Source: Spirochaetota bacterium (GTDB lineage: Bacteria > Spirochaetota > UBA4802 > JAFGJZ01). From it: a stretch of 64,000 nt of DNA. Positions 27,946 through 37,432 of the stretch are shown here, piece after piece. Both the position numbers and the translations under genes were made by a program. The notes under the pieces were generated by a model, which was not told the DNA's origin, did no database searches, and saw only the letters and a program-made list of their open reading frames with translations. Location: NCBI GenBank assembly GCA_035395685.1, contig DAOPBR010000007.1, forward strand, positions 918 through 64,917, given 5' to 3'. Each line of letters opens with the position of its first letter. The stretch's first letter is position 1.

Positions 27946-28646
27946 TTGTCAAGAACCATTTTGACCTTAATATTCATTATCTCATATTTAATTATGTAAT
28001 TTATTCCGGCATCGTCGCAGTAAATCACCGTTTCATTGAAATCCTTAAACTTCATGACGAGCTTGTTAAGAAGAATATCCGTTCCCTTGTAGCTGACTTT
28101 TTCCTTACCAAGCGACTCAATGGTCATGCTCGCAAAACCTTCGGAATCAAGCGAAGGATCAAGAACGACAGCCGTATGTTTGGCGCCTTTTTGGAATTTG
28201 CTTTTTATCATCTGATGAGTCAGAATATCCGAACCAAAATAAAACTTCTTTGACGGAGTAATAAGCCTTTCCTCTCCGTCGTCAATCATACGTATCTCTT
28301 TGCCGTTAAAAGATATTTCGATCAGCGACTTAGTTGAAAAATCCCCTTTCTGCACAATAGTTTCTGAAACTGATTTTACAGGAGAAAAATCCTTCTTCTC
28401 TGTAATTGTCTGATTCATATTCATTTCAACACCATTGATGCTGAACTTTATGACTGAATCCGAGACAAACATCCCGTCTTCTTCTTTCATAGTGAAAACA
28501 GCAGTGCCGAGCGATTCAAATGAATTTTCCTTTTCCATGGAAACGGAATACTTATAAGTACCCTTCGGGAAAAAGCCTTCCGGTTCATCCGCTGCTGTCA
28601 GAGCCAAGGAAAATAAAAAAACAAAACTAAACGCAATTCTTTTCAT
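27942..28646 (-). CDS. Hypothetical secreted protein
   Basis: Signal peptide. Overlaps its neighbours by 4 nt and 20 nt. Confidence 0.35.
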   Translation of the reverse strand: MKRIAFSFVFLFSLALTAADEPEGFFPKGTYKYSVSMEKENSFESLGTAVFTMKEEDGMFVSDSVIKFSINGVEMNMNQTITEKKDFSPVKSVSETIVQKGDFSTKSLIEISFNGKEIRMIDDGEERLITPSKKFYFGSDILTHQMIKSKFQKGAKHTAVVLDPSLDSEGFASMTIESLGKEKVSYKGTDILLNKLVMKFKDFNETVIYCDDAGINYIIKYEIMNIKVKMVLDK

Positions 28647-30084
28647 AAGCGGAATTGATCCTCATTTTAATTTTTTCAAAACCTATCAGTTTAAGCATCT
28701 CGGCAAGATCGGGTCCGTGAAGAACCGAAGTAAGCAAAGCCCTTACCGGCATAAAAAGATTCTTGCCTTTCAGACCGGTCTTTGCTTTTATCATATTGGT
28801 AATTTCTGTGAAATTATCAGAATTTATTTCATCCGAATCGATAAGCTCTTTCGCTGCAGTTAAAGCAGTTTTGCCTTCAGCAGAAGCAATCATAGCAGTA
28901 GCTTCTTCATCAGCAGTAGGAACATCTTCCGCGAATATAGGAAAAAGTTTCGCGATGTCGGAAAGAAGTTCACAGTTTCCTCTCACGGACGCAATGATTG
29001 TTTCAATATAATCTTCATCGAATTTAGAAAGATCGTATCCCGCTTTTTCAATAAACGGTTTGAAGAGCGAAGTAATTTTTTTGAGATCATAATTTCTTAT
29101 ATAAGCGGCATTCATCCATTTGAGTTTAACGAAATCAAAAACGGCACTCGATTTTCCAAGTCTGTCTATATCGATCTGACGGATGATTTCTTCAAGAGGA
29201 AGAATTTCTTCTCCGCTTTCACTCGACCAGCCGAGAACTGCAATATAGTTCATGAGAGCTTCAGGAAGATAGCCTTCCTGCTTGTAAAGATCCACTGAAG
29301 TGATTCCGTGACGCTTCGAAAGCTTCTTTTTGTCGGGACCGAGAACGAGCGGAAGATGCGCGTATTTCGGTGTCGGCATGTCCAAAGCGCGGGCAATCAT
29401 AACCTGCTTCGGAGTGTTAGGAAGATGATCCTCGCCTCTGATAACATGGCTTATTTCCATGAGAAGATCGTCGATAACGACTATGTAATTATAGATTGGA
29501 ACTCCGTCGCTTCTTACAATTATAAAATCTCCGCCGATATTGTCTGACTCAAATACGACTTTGCCTTTAATTCCGTCTTCTATTTCGATTTTTTCACCGT
29601 CATTGACTTTAAAACGGACTGTCGGCTTTCTGCCTTCTGCTTCATACTGCTTTTTCTTTTCTTCTGAAAGATTGAGACATGTGCGCTTATATGTGAAAGG
29701 AATACCCTTCGCTTCAGATTCGGCTCTCTCGGCATCGAGTTCTTCCTGAGAACAGTAGCAGTGATATGCTTTTTTTTCTGCAAGAAGCTTGTCTGTATAT
29801 TTCTGATATATTTCAAAACGCTCGCTCTGACGGTACGGACCATGACCTTTATCTATATCGGGTCCTTCTGTCCATTCAATGCCGAGCCATTTAAGATCGG
29901 CTATGATTGATTCTTCCGACTCTTTTGAACTGCGTTCCATGTCAGTATCTTCAACACGCAAAAGATATTCTGCGTTGTGTTTTTTCGCTATGATGTAGTT
30001 GATAATAGCTGTTCTCGCGTTTCCTATATGAAGAAAACCCGTCGGGCTTGGGGCAAATCTGACTCTCATTAAAACCTCGGTCAA
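28627..30084 (-). CDS. gltX: Glutamyl-tRNA synthetase
   Basis: HIGNARTA (HIGH) and KLSKR (KMSKS) motifs. 485 aa. Confidence 0.95.
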   Translation of the reverse strand: MTEVLMRVRFAPSPTGFLHIGNARTAIINYIIAKKHNAEYLLRVEDTDMERSSKESEESIIADLKWLGIEWTEGPDIDKGHGPYRQSERFEIYQKYTDKLLAEKKAYHCYCSQEELDAERAESEAKGIPFTYKRTCLNLSEEKKKQYEAEGRKPTVRFKVNDGEKIEIEDGIKGKVVFESDNIGGDFIIVRSDGVPIYNYIVVIDDLLMEISHVIRGEDHLPNTPKQVMIARALDMPTPKYAHLPLVLGPDKKKLSKRHGITSVDLYKQEGYLPEALMNYIAVLGWSSESGEEILPLEEIIRQIDIDRLGKSSAVFDFVKLKWMNAAYIRNYDLKKITSLFKPFIEKAGYDLSKFDEDYIETIIASVRGNCELLSDIAKLFPIFAEDVPTADEEATAMIASAEGKTALTAAKELIDSDEINSDNFTEITNMIKAKTGLKGKNLFMPVRALLTSVLHGPDLAEMLKLIGFEKIKMRINSAYEKNCV

Positions 30085-30314
30085 TAATTATATAGATTAA
30101 CGGAAGGACGCCCGGTTACTATTTCTGAAGAATCGCGTTTAATTCTGCCGACAAGCTTTTGAATCTTTTCAACAGTTTCATCGCTGAAAAGAACCTTACC
30201 GCACCTGGTGCATTTATAAGCCGGTATATTATCAAGAATAAAGCAGAAATTGTCTTCGCTGACACGGTAACTGCTTTTGCCTTCTGTTACCGCACCGCCG
30301 CAGCTGCATTCCAT
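30081..30314 (-). CDS. YgiT/MqsA-N-type zinc-finger protein
   Basis: CSCGG…(22)…CTRCG zinc-ribbon pattern. Start overlaps the gltX region. Confidence 0.5.
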   Translation of the reverse strand: MECSCGGAVTEGKSSYRVSEDNFCFILDNIPAYKCTRCGKVLFSDETVEKIQKLVGRIKRDSSEIVTGRPSVNLYNY

Positions 30315-30401
30315 CCGTCACCTCTATGGAAAAATCCAACTGAAACACCTCTGTGTCAAATCTTTTATTTGACGTGAGTCTGACCGGTCTGTGCGGGGAA
30401 A

Positions 30402-31067
30402 TTATATCTTCACCGCAAGTCCGAATAAAACAGTAACTTCTCCGTAAAGAAGATCGATATCTCCGTTAACCGAATATAAACCGTTTAGACCCAAGTCGGC
30501 CGTGCAGTAAACACTTTCAGTAATAAAATATCTCGTACTTGCTGAAATTCCCAAACCAAAACAAAAATCGCTGTAACTGACTTTTTTTTCAGTTGAATAT
30601 GATGCCGTAAACTGGGGGCCGACGCAGAAATTGAAACCGCCGGATTTAAAAATCGAAACATATCCGCATCCGGTAACATTAAAATATTCCAAAACATTGT
30701 AAGTTTTATTCGAATAAGTAACTTCAGTAGAACCGTCAGGAAAATATTCCGTCCGTCTTTTCTTTTTTTCTATTTCGCCAAATCCAAAACCGGCAATTAA
30801 CCTGAAACTTTTACTATCAGGATTAGGATCAGTATCCACAAACAAACCAAAACGCAGTTTCTTATAACTTGAATGTTCATGCTTACTGAAATCATTATCC
30901 GGACCGAGAATTGGATCGCTTTGCTCTTCCTTATCGGTTGACCCTGCCGCACTTGAGCCCGCAATAAAACTGCCGATTCCAAAAGCAGAAAGTTCAGTAA
31001 ACGAAAAAGCAGCAAATAGACACAACAAAATTACAATCTTAATTCTTTTTTTAAGCACATCAATCAC
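30402..31067 (-). CDS. Hypothetical outer-membrane beta-barrel-like protein
   Basis: Signal peptide and alternating hydrophobic beta-strand pattern. Confidence 0.35.
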   Translation of the reverse strand: MIDVLKKRIKIVILLCLFAAFSFTELSAFGIGSFIAGSSAAGSTDKEEQSDPILGPDNDFSKHEHSSYKKLRFGLFVDTDPNPDSKSFRLIAGFGFGEIEKKKRRTEYFPDGSTEVTYSNKTYNVLEYFNVTGCGYVSIFKSGGFNFCVGPQFTASYSTEKKVSYSDFCFGLGISASTRYFITESVYCTADLGLNGLYSVNGDIDLLYGEVTVLFGLAVKI

Positions 31068-31321
31068 CCTTTCTTTTTTTTAATGTCATATTCTTATATC
31101 ATTATAAAACATTATAAGAGAGAAATTGTCGACCTGACTTCCAAGTCAAGACATGTTTAGCAATTTACAATAGATATAACTCCCATGCCGCAGCAATCGG
31201 AATACATTTTCATATTAATTATTTCATTTTCTGAATTTTTGATAATTTAATGAAAATAACGGCGAAAACAACGTATATATTATTGACACAGCCAATAATC
31301 AGGAATAGATTGAGGTGAAAA

Positions 31322-31915
31322 ATGAGCGTAGCAATGGAATTGACAAAAGAACAGCTCGAACAGATAGGTTCATACATTGAATCAAATTTTGACCGATTCA
31401 GCGCTAAAAGTAATATCGTTCAGCTTCGTCCCTATGACATTCAGCTAATTGAACGCATGACGCGCATCGAAGAAGAACTCAGAAGCCAGCGCGAATTATT
31501 TCTAAAACAGAATGAAACGATACAGTTCGGCTTCGTCCAGATGGATAAGCGTTTCGAACAAGTTGAGAAACGCTTCGAACAGGTTGACAAACGCTTCGAA
31601 CAGGTTGACAAACGCTTCGAACAGGTTGACAAACGCTTCGAAGCAATGCAGAAACAGATGGATGAACGGTTCTCTGCTGTTCAGAAACAAATGGACGAAC
31701 GTTTTACTGCAGTCGACAAGCGCTTCGAAATGATACAGAAAAACATGGACACCCGCTTTGAAGCTGTACAAAAACAAATGGATGTACGTTTTACAGCAGT
31801 AGACAAACGGTTTGACGACATGAGCAAAAAATTCACCATGATGATGTGGATGATGAGCGCAGGTTTCACAATCATCGCATCTGTTATAACACTTCTGACT
31901 ATATTCGCGAAATAG
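31322..31915 (+). CDS. Tail-anchored coiled-coil protein built from DKRFEQV heptad and QKQMDERFxAV 11-mer repeats
   Basis: Five tandem 21-nt repeats. C-terminal TM helix MMMWMMSAGFTIIASVITLLTIF. TTGACA-17-TAGATT promoter and GAGGTG ribosome-binding site upstream. Confidence 0.5.
   Translation: MSVAMELTKEQLEQIGSYIESNFDRFSAKSNIVQLRPYDIQLIERMTRIEEELRSQRELFLKQNETIQFGFVQMDKRFEQVEKRFEQVDKRFEQVDKRFEQVDKRFEAMQKQMDERFSAVQKQMDERFTAVDKRFEMIQKNMDTRFEAVQKQMDVRFTAVDKRFDDMSKKFTMMMWMMSAGFTIIASVITLLTIFAK
31544..31648 (+). repeat. 5 tandem copies of 21-bp unit GACAAACGCTTCGAACAGGTT (in-frame heptad DKRFEQV)
   Basis: Read directly from the sequence; three copies are identical and two are variant. Confidence 0.9.
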
Positions 31916-31924
31916 AAACAATTA

Positions 31925-33109
31925 ATGGATATCAACTTAAACCTTATCTTCGTTATCATATTTGCCGGCGGGTGGATTTTCTCGAAACTGTTTTCGAAAA
32001 TCAAACTTCCTGCAGTTCTCGGAATGGTCGTATTCGGCATTCTCTGTTCTGTTTTTATCAAAGACAATTCACCGGATATTCTCTGGGAGCTTTCACCGTT
32101 TTTAAAATCTTTCGCACTGATTGTAATTCTTTCACGTGCAGGACTCGGCATCAGCAAATCGGCTCTTAAAAAAGTCGGAAAAACCGCCATTCTCATGTCA
32201 TTCGTTCCGTGCATAATCGAAGGATCGGCACTCACTTTTCTTTTCCATATTCTTTTCGGTTTCAGTTACGAAGTCAGCGGACTTACAGGATTCATGCTTG
32301 CCGCCGTATCTCCAGCAGTCATCGTTCCTTCAATGCTGAACCTAAAGGAAAACGGCAGAGGCAAAAAAAACGATGTTCCAACTATTATTTTAGCAGGAGC
32401 TTCAATCGATGATGTTTTCGCGATAACCATTTTTTCAGTTTTTCTGGGGCTTTCACGCGGAACTTCTCCTGATATCATCAAAACAATAGTATCGGTGCCT
32501 TTATCAGTTACAGCAGGAATCGCCTCAGGAATCATATGCGGATTTCTCCTTTCATTATTTTTCAAAAAGTATCATTCATCCGTGCGGGCAACAGAGAAGG
32601 TTCTCATAGTGCTTATTTTCGCAACAGCCCTCGTACGTCTCGGTGATGCTCTCCATTTCGCAGCACTTCTGGGAGTCATGACCTGCGGTTTCATCATTCT
32701 CGAAATGCATGAAAAAATTGCGCATGAACTTTCTGCTAAATTATCCAAAATCTGGATCTTCGCAGAAATTATTCTATTCGTTCTCATCGGATTTTCTCTT
32801 GATATTGAAACCGCGTTCACGGCAGGACCCCAGTCTCTCATCGCGATAACTATCGGACTAATCTTCCGATCTATCGGAGTTTTCATCGCGACGGCGTTTT
32901 CTAATCTCACTATGAAAGAAAGAATCTTCTGTATGATCGCTTATATTCCGAAAGCTACCGTTCAGGCGGCACTCGGCGGTGTTGCTTTGAGTTACGGAAT
33001 CGAAGGCGGTGATACAATACTTTCAATTGCGGTAATTTCCATTCTTTTTACGGCACCTCTTGGACTGATCGGCATACGCACAACCGAAAAATATCTTCTG
33101 AAAAACTAA
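31925..33109 (+). CDS. Cation:proton antiporter-family membrane protein
   Basis: About 11 predicted TM helices. CPA-type N-terminus. Confidence 0.55.
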   Translation: MDINLNLIFVIIFAGGWIFSKLFSKIKLPAVLGMVVFGILCSVFIKDNSPDILWELSPFLKSFALIVILSRAGLGISKSALKKVGKTAILMSFVPCIIEGSALTFLFHILFGFSYEVSGLTGFMLAAVSPAVIVPSMLNLKENGRGKKNDVPTIILAGASIDDVFAITIFSVFLGLSRGTSPDIIKTIVSVPLSVTAGIASGIICGFLLSLFFKKYHSSVRATEKVLIVLIFATALVRLGDALHFAALLGVMTCGFIILEMHEKIAHELSAKLSKIWIFAEIILFVLIGFSLDIETAFTAGPQSLIAITIGLIFRSIGVFIATAFSNLTMKERIFCMIAYIPKATVQAALGGVALSYGIEGGDTILSIAVISILFTAPLGLIGIRTTEKYLLKN

Positions 33110-33126
33110 ATTAATATTTTATTTTC

Positions 33127-33157
33127 CCGACCTCGATGCTATATTGAATCGAGGTGG
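33127..33157 (+). promoter_or_regulatory. Hairpin pairing the GAGGTGG ribosome-binding site of the next gene (ACCTCGAT / ATCGAGGT stem)
   Basis: 8-bp perfect stem with a 10-nt loop. The 3' arm contains the Shine-Dalgarno sequence, 4 nt before the ATG at 33161. Confidence 0.35.
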
Positions 33158-33160
33158 TTT

Positions 33161-35599
33161 ATGTCAAAATTTTTAATTATCGGCGGCGTTGCCGGAGGAG
33201 CAACAACTGCGGCACGCCTCAGAAGAATCGATGAAGAAAGCGAAATTATAATTATTGAACGCGGAGATTACATTTCATACGCTAACTGCGGACTTCCCTA
33301 CTACATCGGCGGAACAATTGAAAAACGCGAATCGCTCTTCGTTCAGACTCCTGAATCGTTTTTCAAAAGATTCAATGTAGACGTCAGAATAAAATCAGAA
33401 GTCATATCAATAAACAGAGATAAGAAAACAGTCACAGTAAAGGAATCATCCGGAAAAACATACGAAGAAAATTATGACAAACTGGTTCTTTCTCCGGGAG
33501 CCGAACCCATAAAACCCATGATTGACGGAATTAATGATCCGGCAATCTTCACCTTGCGTAGTGTTCCCGACACAGATAAAATCAAAAAATACATAAATGA
33601 TAACAGGCCAACATCTGCAATTGTAATCGGAGGCGGCTTCATAGGTCTCGAAATGGCCGAAAATCTTCACGCACTCGGAATAAAAGTATCTATCGTCGAA
33701 ATGGCTGATCAGGTAATGACGCCTGTTGATTACGAAATCGCGGCATATGCCCATCATCACATCAAAACCAAAGGTGTAGATCTTTTTCTCGGCGACGGCA
33801 TAGCTTCATTTTCACGAAACGGAAATTCCGTTTCGGCAAGGCTCGCGAGCGGCAGAGAAATTGTTTCCGACATGATAATTCTTTCAATAGGAATAAAACC
33901 TGACACCGCATTTCTGCGGACTTCCGGCATTAATCTCAGCGATAGGGGCGCAATTATCGTTGATGAATTTCTGCGCACAAATGACGAAAATATTTATGCT
34001 GTCGGTGACGCAGTAATATTCACAAGTCCGGTAACGAATAAACCCCTGCCAGTATTTCTCGCAGGACCTGCGAACAAGCAGGGAAGAATCGCCGCTAACA
34101 ATATAGCGTTCGGAAATACGGAGAAATACAAAGGTTCGATTGCAACGGCAATAGCAAAAGTTTTTGATCTTACTATTGCTTCATGCGGTCTTTCTGAAAA
34201 ATTTCTAAATGCTCAATCTATCAAATGCAAAAGTTCAATAACAATCAGCGCTTCTCATGCGTCATATTACCCTGGCTCGACTACCATGACAATCAAGCTT
34301 GTTTTCGATCCTGACAACGGAAAAATCCTTGGAGCACAAATAACAGGCTATGATAATGTCGAATCAAAGATAAACATGATTGCGGCTGTGATGGGGATGA
34401 ACGGAACAGTCACCGATCTAAGAAACATTGAACATGCATACGCACCGCCTTATTCTTCAGCAAAAGACGCTGTGAACATCGCGGGCTTCACAGCAGAAAA
34501 TATAGTAAAAGGTGAAGTTCAAACTCTTTCATGGAATGATGTAAAAAGCATTTATCCTTCAGACTGGCAAATAATTGATGTAAGAACTCCGGCAGAATAC
34601 GAGCTCGGTTCGATTATGAATTCAATCAACATTCCGATTGATTCTCTCCGTTCAAGGATTGATGATGTCAGCAAGGACAAAAACATACTGCTTTACTGCG
34701 CGGTAGGATTGAGAGGATATGTTGCGCTTAGAATATTGAAAAACAAAGGATTCAAAAACGTTTATAATCTTTCAGGCGGATACAAGTTATATTCAACTGC
34801 ATCACAAAAGATCGAAGACGGAATAACCCAGGAATGGACAGGAAATGATTCAGGCGAAAAAACAAAAGACAATACCACTGCTGAAGGAAAATCTTTCACA
34901 GTTGATGCCTGCGGACTTCAGTGTCCGGGTCCTGTTATGCGGCTGAAATCAGAAATAGAGAAATTATCAAGCGGAGATATTTTAACAATAAGAGCAACAG
35001 ATGAAGGTTTCATGCGCGATGTCGGCGCATGGTGCCTGATGACAAAAAACACACTTCTTTCAGTAGATAATGAAAAAGGTATCGTCACTGCCCGCATACA
35101 AAAGGGAGCAAAATCTTCTATAAGCGGCAGTAGAGACAATAAAACAATTGTAGTTTTTTCTGATGATCTTGACAAGGCTATCGCCGCTTTTGTAATCGCA
35201 AACGGAGCAGCAAGCACAGGCAAGAAGGTGACCATATTTTTTACATTCTGGGGACTGAACGTTATCAAAAAACGCAAATCAAGATCCAAGAAAGATTTCT
35301 TCTCGAAAATGTTTTCATTCATGATGCCGAAGGGAAGCGGTGAACTCGATTTATCGAAGATGAACATGGCAGGCATGGGTCCGAAGATGATAAGATGGAG
35401 GATGAAGAAAAAAAACATTGATTCTCTCGAAGCAATGATTCAGTCTGCCCTCACGAACAATATTGAATTTATGGCATGTCAGATGTCAATGGATGTAATG
35501 GGAGTTAAAAGAGAAGACTTGATTGACGGAGTTACGATCGGCGGCGTAGCGGCATATCTCAACGAAACCGAGTCAAGCAGTCTCAATCTGTTCATATGA
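33161..35599 (+). CDS. Four-domain CoA-disulfide/persulfide reductase: FAD/NAD(P) oxidoreductase (CoADR-like) + rhodanese + TusA-like + DsrE/DsrF-like
   Basis: SYANCGLPY redox Cys; rhodanese active-site CAVGLRG; TusA CPGP motif (ACGLQCPGPVMRLK); C-terminal DsrE-like domain. Confidence 0.75.
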   Translation: MSKFLIIGGVAGGATTAARLRRIDEESEIIIIERGDYISYANCGLPYYIGGTIEKRESLFVQTPESFFKRFNVDVRIKSEVISINRDKKTVTVKESSGKTYEENYDKLVLSPGAEPIKPMIDGINDPAIFTLRSVPDTDKIKKYINDNRPTSAIVIGGGFIGLEMAENLHALGIKVSIVEMADQVMTPVDYEIAAYAHHHIKTKGVDLFLGDGIASFSRNGNSVSARLASGREIVSDMIILSIGIKPDTAFLRTSGINLSDRGAIIVDEFLRTNDENIYAVGDAVIFTSPVTNKPLPVFLAGPANKQGRIAANNIAFGNTEKYKGSIATAIAKVFDLTIASCGLSEKFLNAQSIKCKSSITISASHASYYPGSTTMTIKLVFDPDNGKILGAQITGYDNVESKINMIAAVMGMNGTVTDLRNIEHAYAPPYSSAKDAVNIAGFTAENIVKGEVQTLSWNDVKSIYPSDWQIIDVRTPAEYELGSIMNSINIPIDSLRSRIDDVSKDKNILLYCAVGLRGYVALRILKNKGFKNVYNLSGGYKLYSTASQKIEDGITQEWTGNDSGEKTKDNTTAEGKSFTVDACGLQCPGPVMRLKSEIEKLSSGDILTIRATDEGFMRDVGAWCLMTKNTLLSVDNEKGIVTARIQKGAKSSISGSRDNKTIVVFSDDLDKAIAAFVIANGAASTGKKVTIFFTFWGLNVIKKRKSRSKKDFFSKMFSFMMPKGSGELDLSKMNMAGMGPKMIRWRMKKKNIDSLEAMIQSALTNNIEFMACQMSMDVMGVKREDLIDGVTIGGVAAYLNETESSSLNLFI

Positions 35600-36219
35600 T
35601 AAAAGCGTATTACATAAGACATAAAGGCGGCGGTTTCGAAATGCCGCCTTTTTTTTGCGACAGCTATCACCAGGAGATAGAATCAACCGCAAACAATGCT
35701 CTGCGCAGCATGAAAAGGATGACATCCGCCCTTCTCGCATTTGCCCTATCTGAAGCTGCAATTATTCCGCCGTATGAAATAAAAAGATCCGCGCACGGAA
35801 AACCGTTTCTTCCAAATGAAAAAATTAAATTCTCATACTGCCATACAGAAGGATTATGTGCCGCGGTTATATCAGATTACGAATGCGGAATTGATGCTGA
35901 GAACATTAACAGAAAAGCGTCATTTGAAGAAATTTCATCGCGCTTTTTTACTTCAGATGAAAACGAATATCTTTCTTCAAGAAATTTTTCAAGCAAAGTC
36001 TTCTATGAAATATGGACAAAAAAGGAAGCCTATTTGAAATTTACAGGAAGAGGCCTCGCTGGCGGACTGAATTCTTTTTCGGTTTTATCGCTTGATAAGG
36101 GAAAAACAACATGCGTCATAATAGACGATTTCATAATCAGCGTATACGGGGAAAGCACTGCCGAAATCCGTGAAATAACTCCAGCCGGTCTTTTTATGAA
36201 ACTTGGGGTTAAGCTTTAA
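35596..36219 (+). CDS. Sfp-type 4'-phosphopantetheinyl transferase
   Basis: GKPF…, GIDAE and WTKKEAYLK motifs. ATGA overlap with the upstream gene. Confidence 0.7.
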   Translation: MIKAYYIRHKGGGFEMPPFFCDSYHQEIESTANNALRSMKRMTSALLAFALSEAAIIPPYEIKRSAHGKPFLPNEKIKFSYCHTEGLCAAVISDYECGIDAENINRKASFEEISSRFFTSDENEYLSSRNFSSKVFYEIWTKKEAYLKFTGRGLAGGLNSFSVLSLDKGKTTCVIIDDFIISVYGESTAEIREITPAGLFMKLGVKL

Positions 36220-36868
36220 GAGCTTTTCTCATCATTCCGATTGCTTCGGAATATGAAGAAGAACCGAAAATTGCCGATCCTGAAACGAACGTATCGGCTC
36301 CCGCTGCGGCTATCATTGCGATATTCGATGCGGTTATTCCTCCGTCAACTTCAAGACGGATGTCCCTGCCGGAATTTTTTATTTTCTCGCGCACGGTTTT
36401 AATCTTGGCAATCGAAGAATCTATAAACTTTTGTTTGCCGAAACCGGGATTAACGCTCATGACAAGAATCATGTCGACAATATCAATTATGTAATCAAGA
36501 CAATCGGGTGATGTTGACGGATTCAACGATACTCCGGCTTTGCATCCCGAGTCTTTGATAAGACGCAGTGAACGGTCAAGATGCTCAGTTGATTCAGGAT
36601 GTATAGTTATCCAGTCTGCACCGGATTCTGCAAAATCTCCGATAAGACTGTCGCATGGTTTTACCATCAAATGAACATCAATCGGAGCCTTTATCCCGTA
36701 TTTTTTCAGCGATGAACATACAAGCGGTCCTATAGTAAGGTTCGGAACATAATGATTGTCCATGACGTCAAAATGTATCCAGTCGCCGCCGGCTGAAATA
36801 ACATCTTCGCACTCTTTTCCCAGACGGGAAAAATCGGCAGAAAGTATCGAAGGCGCAATCACGTACAT
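36209..36868 (-). CDS. rpe: Ribulose-phosphate 3-epimerase
   Basis: Rpe TIM-barrel pattern ([17 protein letters not shown]…). Confidence 0.9.
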   Translation of the reverse strand: MYVIAPSILSADFSRLGKECEDVISAGGDWIHFDVMDNHYVPNLTIGPLVCSSLKKYGIKAPIDVHLMVKPCDSLIGDFAESGADWITIHPESTEHLDRSLRLIKDSGCKAGVSLNPSTSPDCLDYIIDIVDMILVMSVNPGFGKQKFIDSSIAKIKTVREKIKNSGRDIRLEVDGGITASNIAMIAAAGADTFVSGSAIFGSSSYSEAIGMMRKALKA

Positions 36869-36928
36869 AAATCCTCGCTTGTGATCAGTTTTATGAAAAT
36901 ACGTAAAGGCGTCAAATATTTTATCGAA

Positions 36929-37432
36929 TCAGCCGCAACGTTCAATCAGCTTTTCAGATATCAGATACGCAGCCGGGCAATAAAGCGTATTCTGAGCTAG
37001 ACGGGCAAGTTTAGGCTGCATATTTTTTTCGTCGGTATGCGGATATTCACGGCAAGCCCGCGGTCGTATCTCATAAACAGAACAAAGATTGTCTTCAAGA
37101 GCAAACGGACACGGCATCGACTTAAACACATGATCTCCGTCTTCATCCATGCGCAGATATTTTTCAACAAAATCTTTTCTGCGAAGTCCGCAGTGAGACG
37201 ACATCTTTTCAATATCTGTTTCATTAAATAGCGGCCCGAGCTTTCTGCAGCAGTTCGCGCATTTAGTGCAGTCTATATTTTCAAATACTTCCGCATGAAT
37301 CGACTGAAGAATTCTGTCAAATGACTTAATGCTGCGCTTGGACAAAATGCTCATTGATTTTTTTGTCTGATTATAGCGCGACTTCGCCTTTTCGAGAATG
37401 AGCAGGTATTCTTTTTTCATATTACACCACAA
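36929..37432 (-). CDS. YkgJ-family (PF03692-like) Cys-cluster protein
   Basis: CTKCANCC … CPF … C pattern. Confidence 0.65.
   Translation of the reverse strand: MWCNMKKEYLLILEKAKSRYNQTKKSMSILSKRSIKSFDRILQSIHAEVFENIDCTKCANCCRKLGPLFNETDIEKMSSHCGLRRKDFVEKYLRMDEDGDHVFKSMPCPFALEDNLCSVYEIRPRACREYPHTDEKNMQPKLARLAQNTLYCPAAYLISEKLIERCG

Noticed and set aside
31441-32235. Several minus-strand ORFs antisense to the DKRFEQV repeat gene and the antiporter
   Set aside because: Repeat-driven open frames. The sense-strand genes have a promoter, a ribosome-binding site and coherent domain structure.
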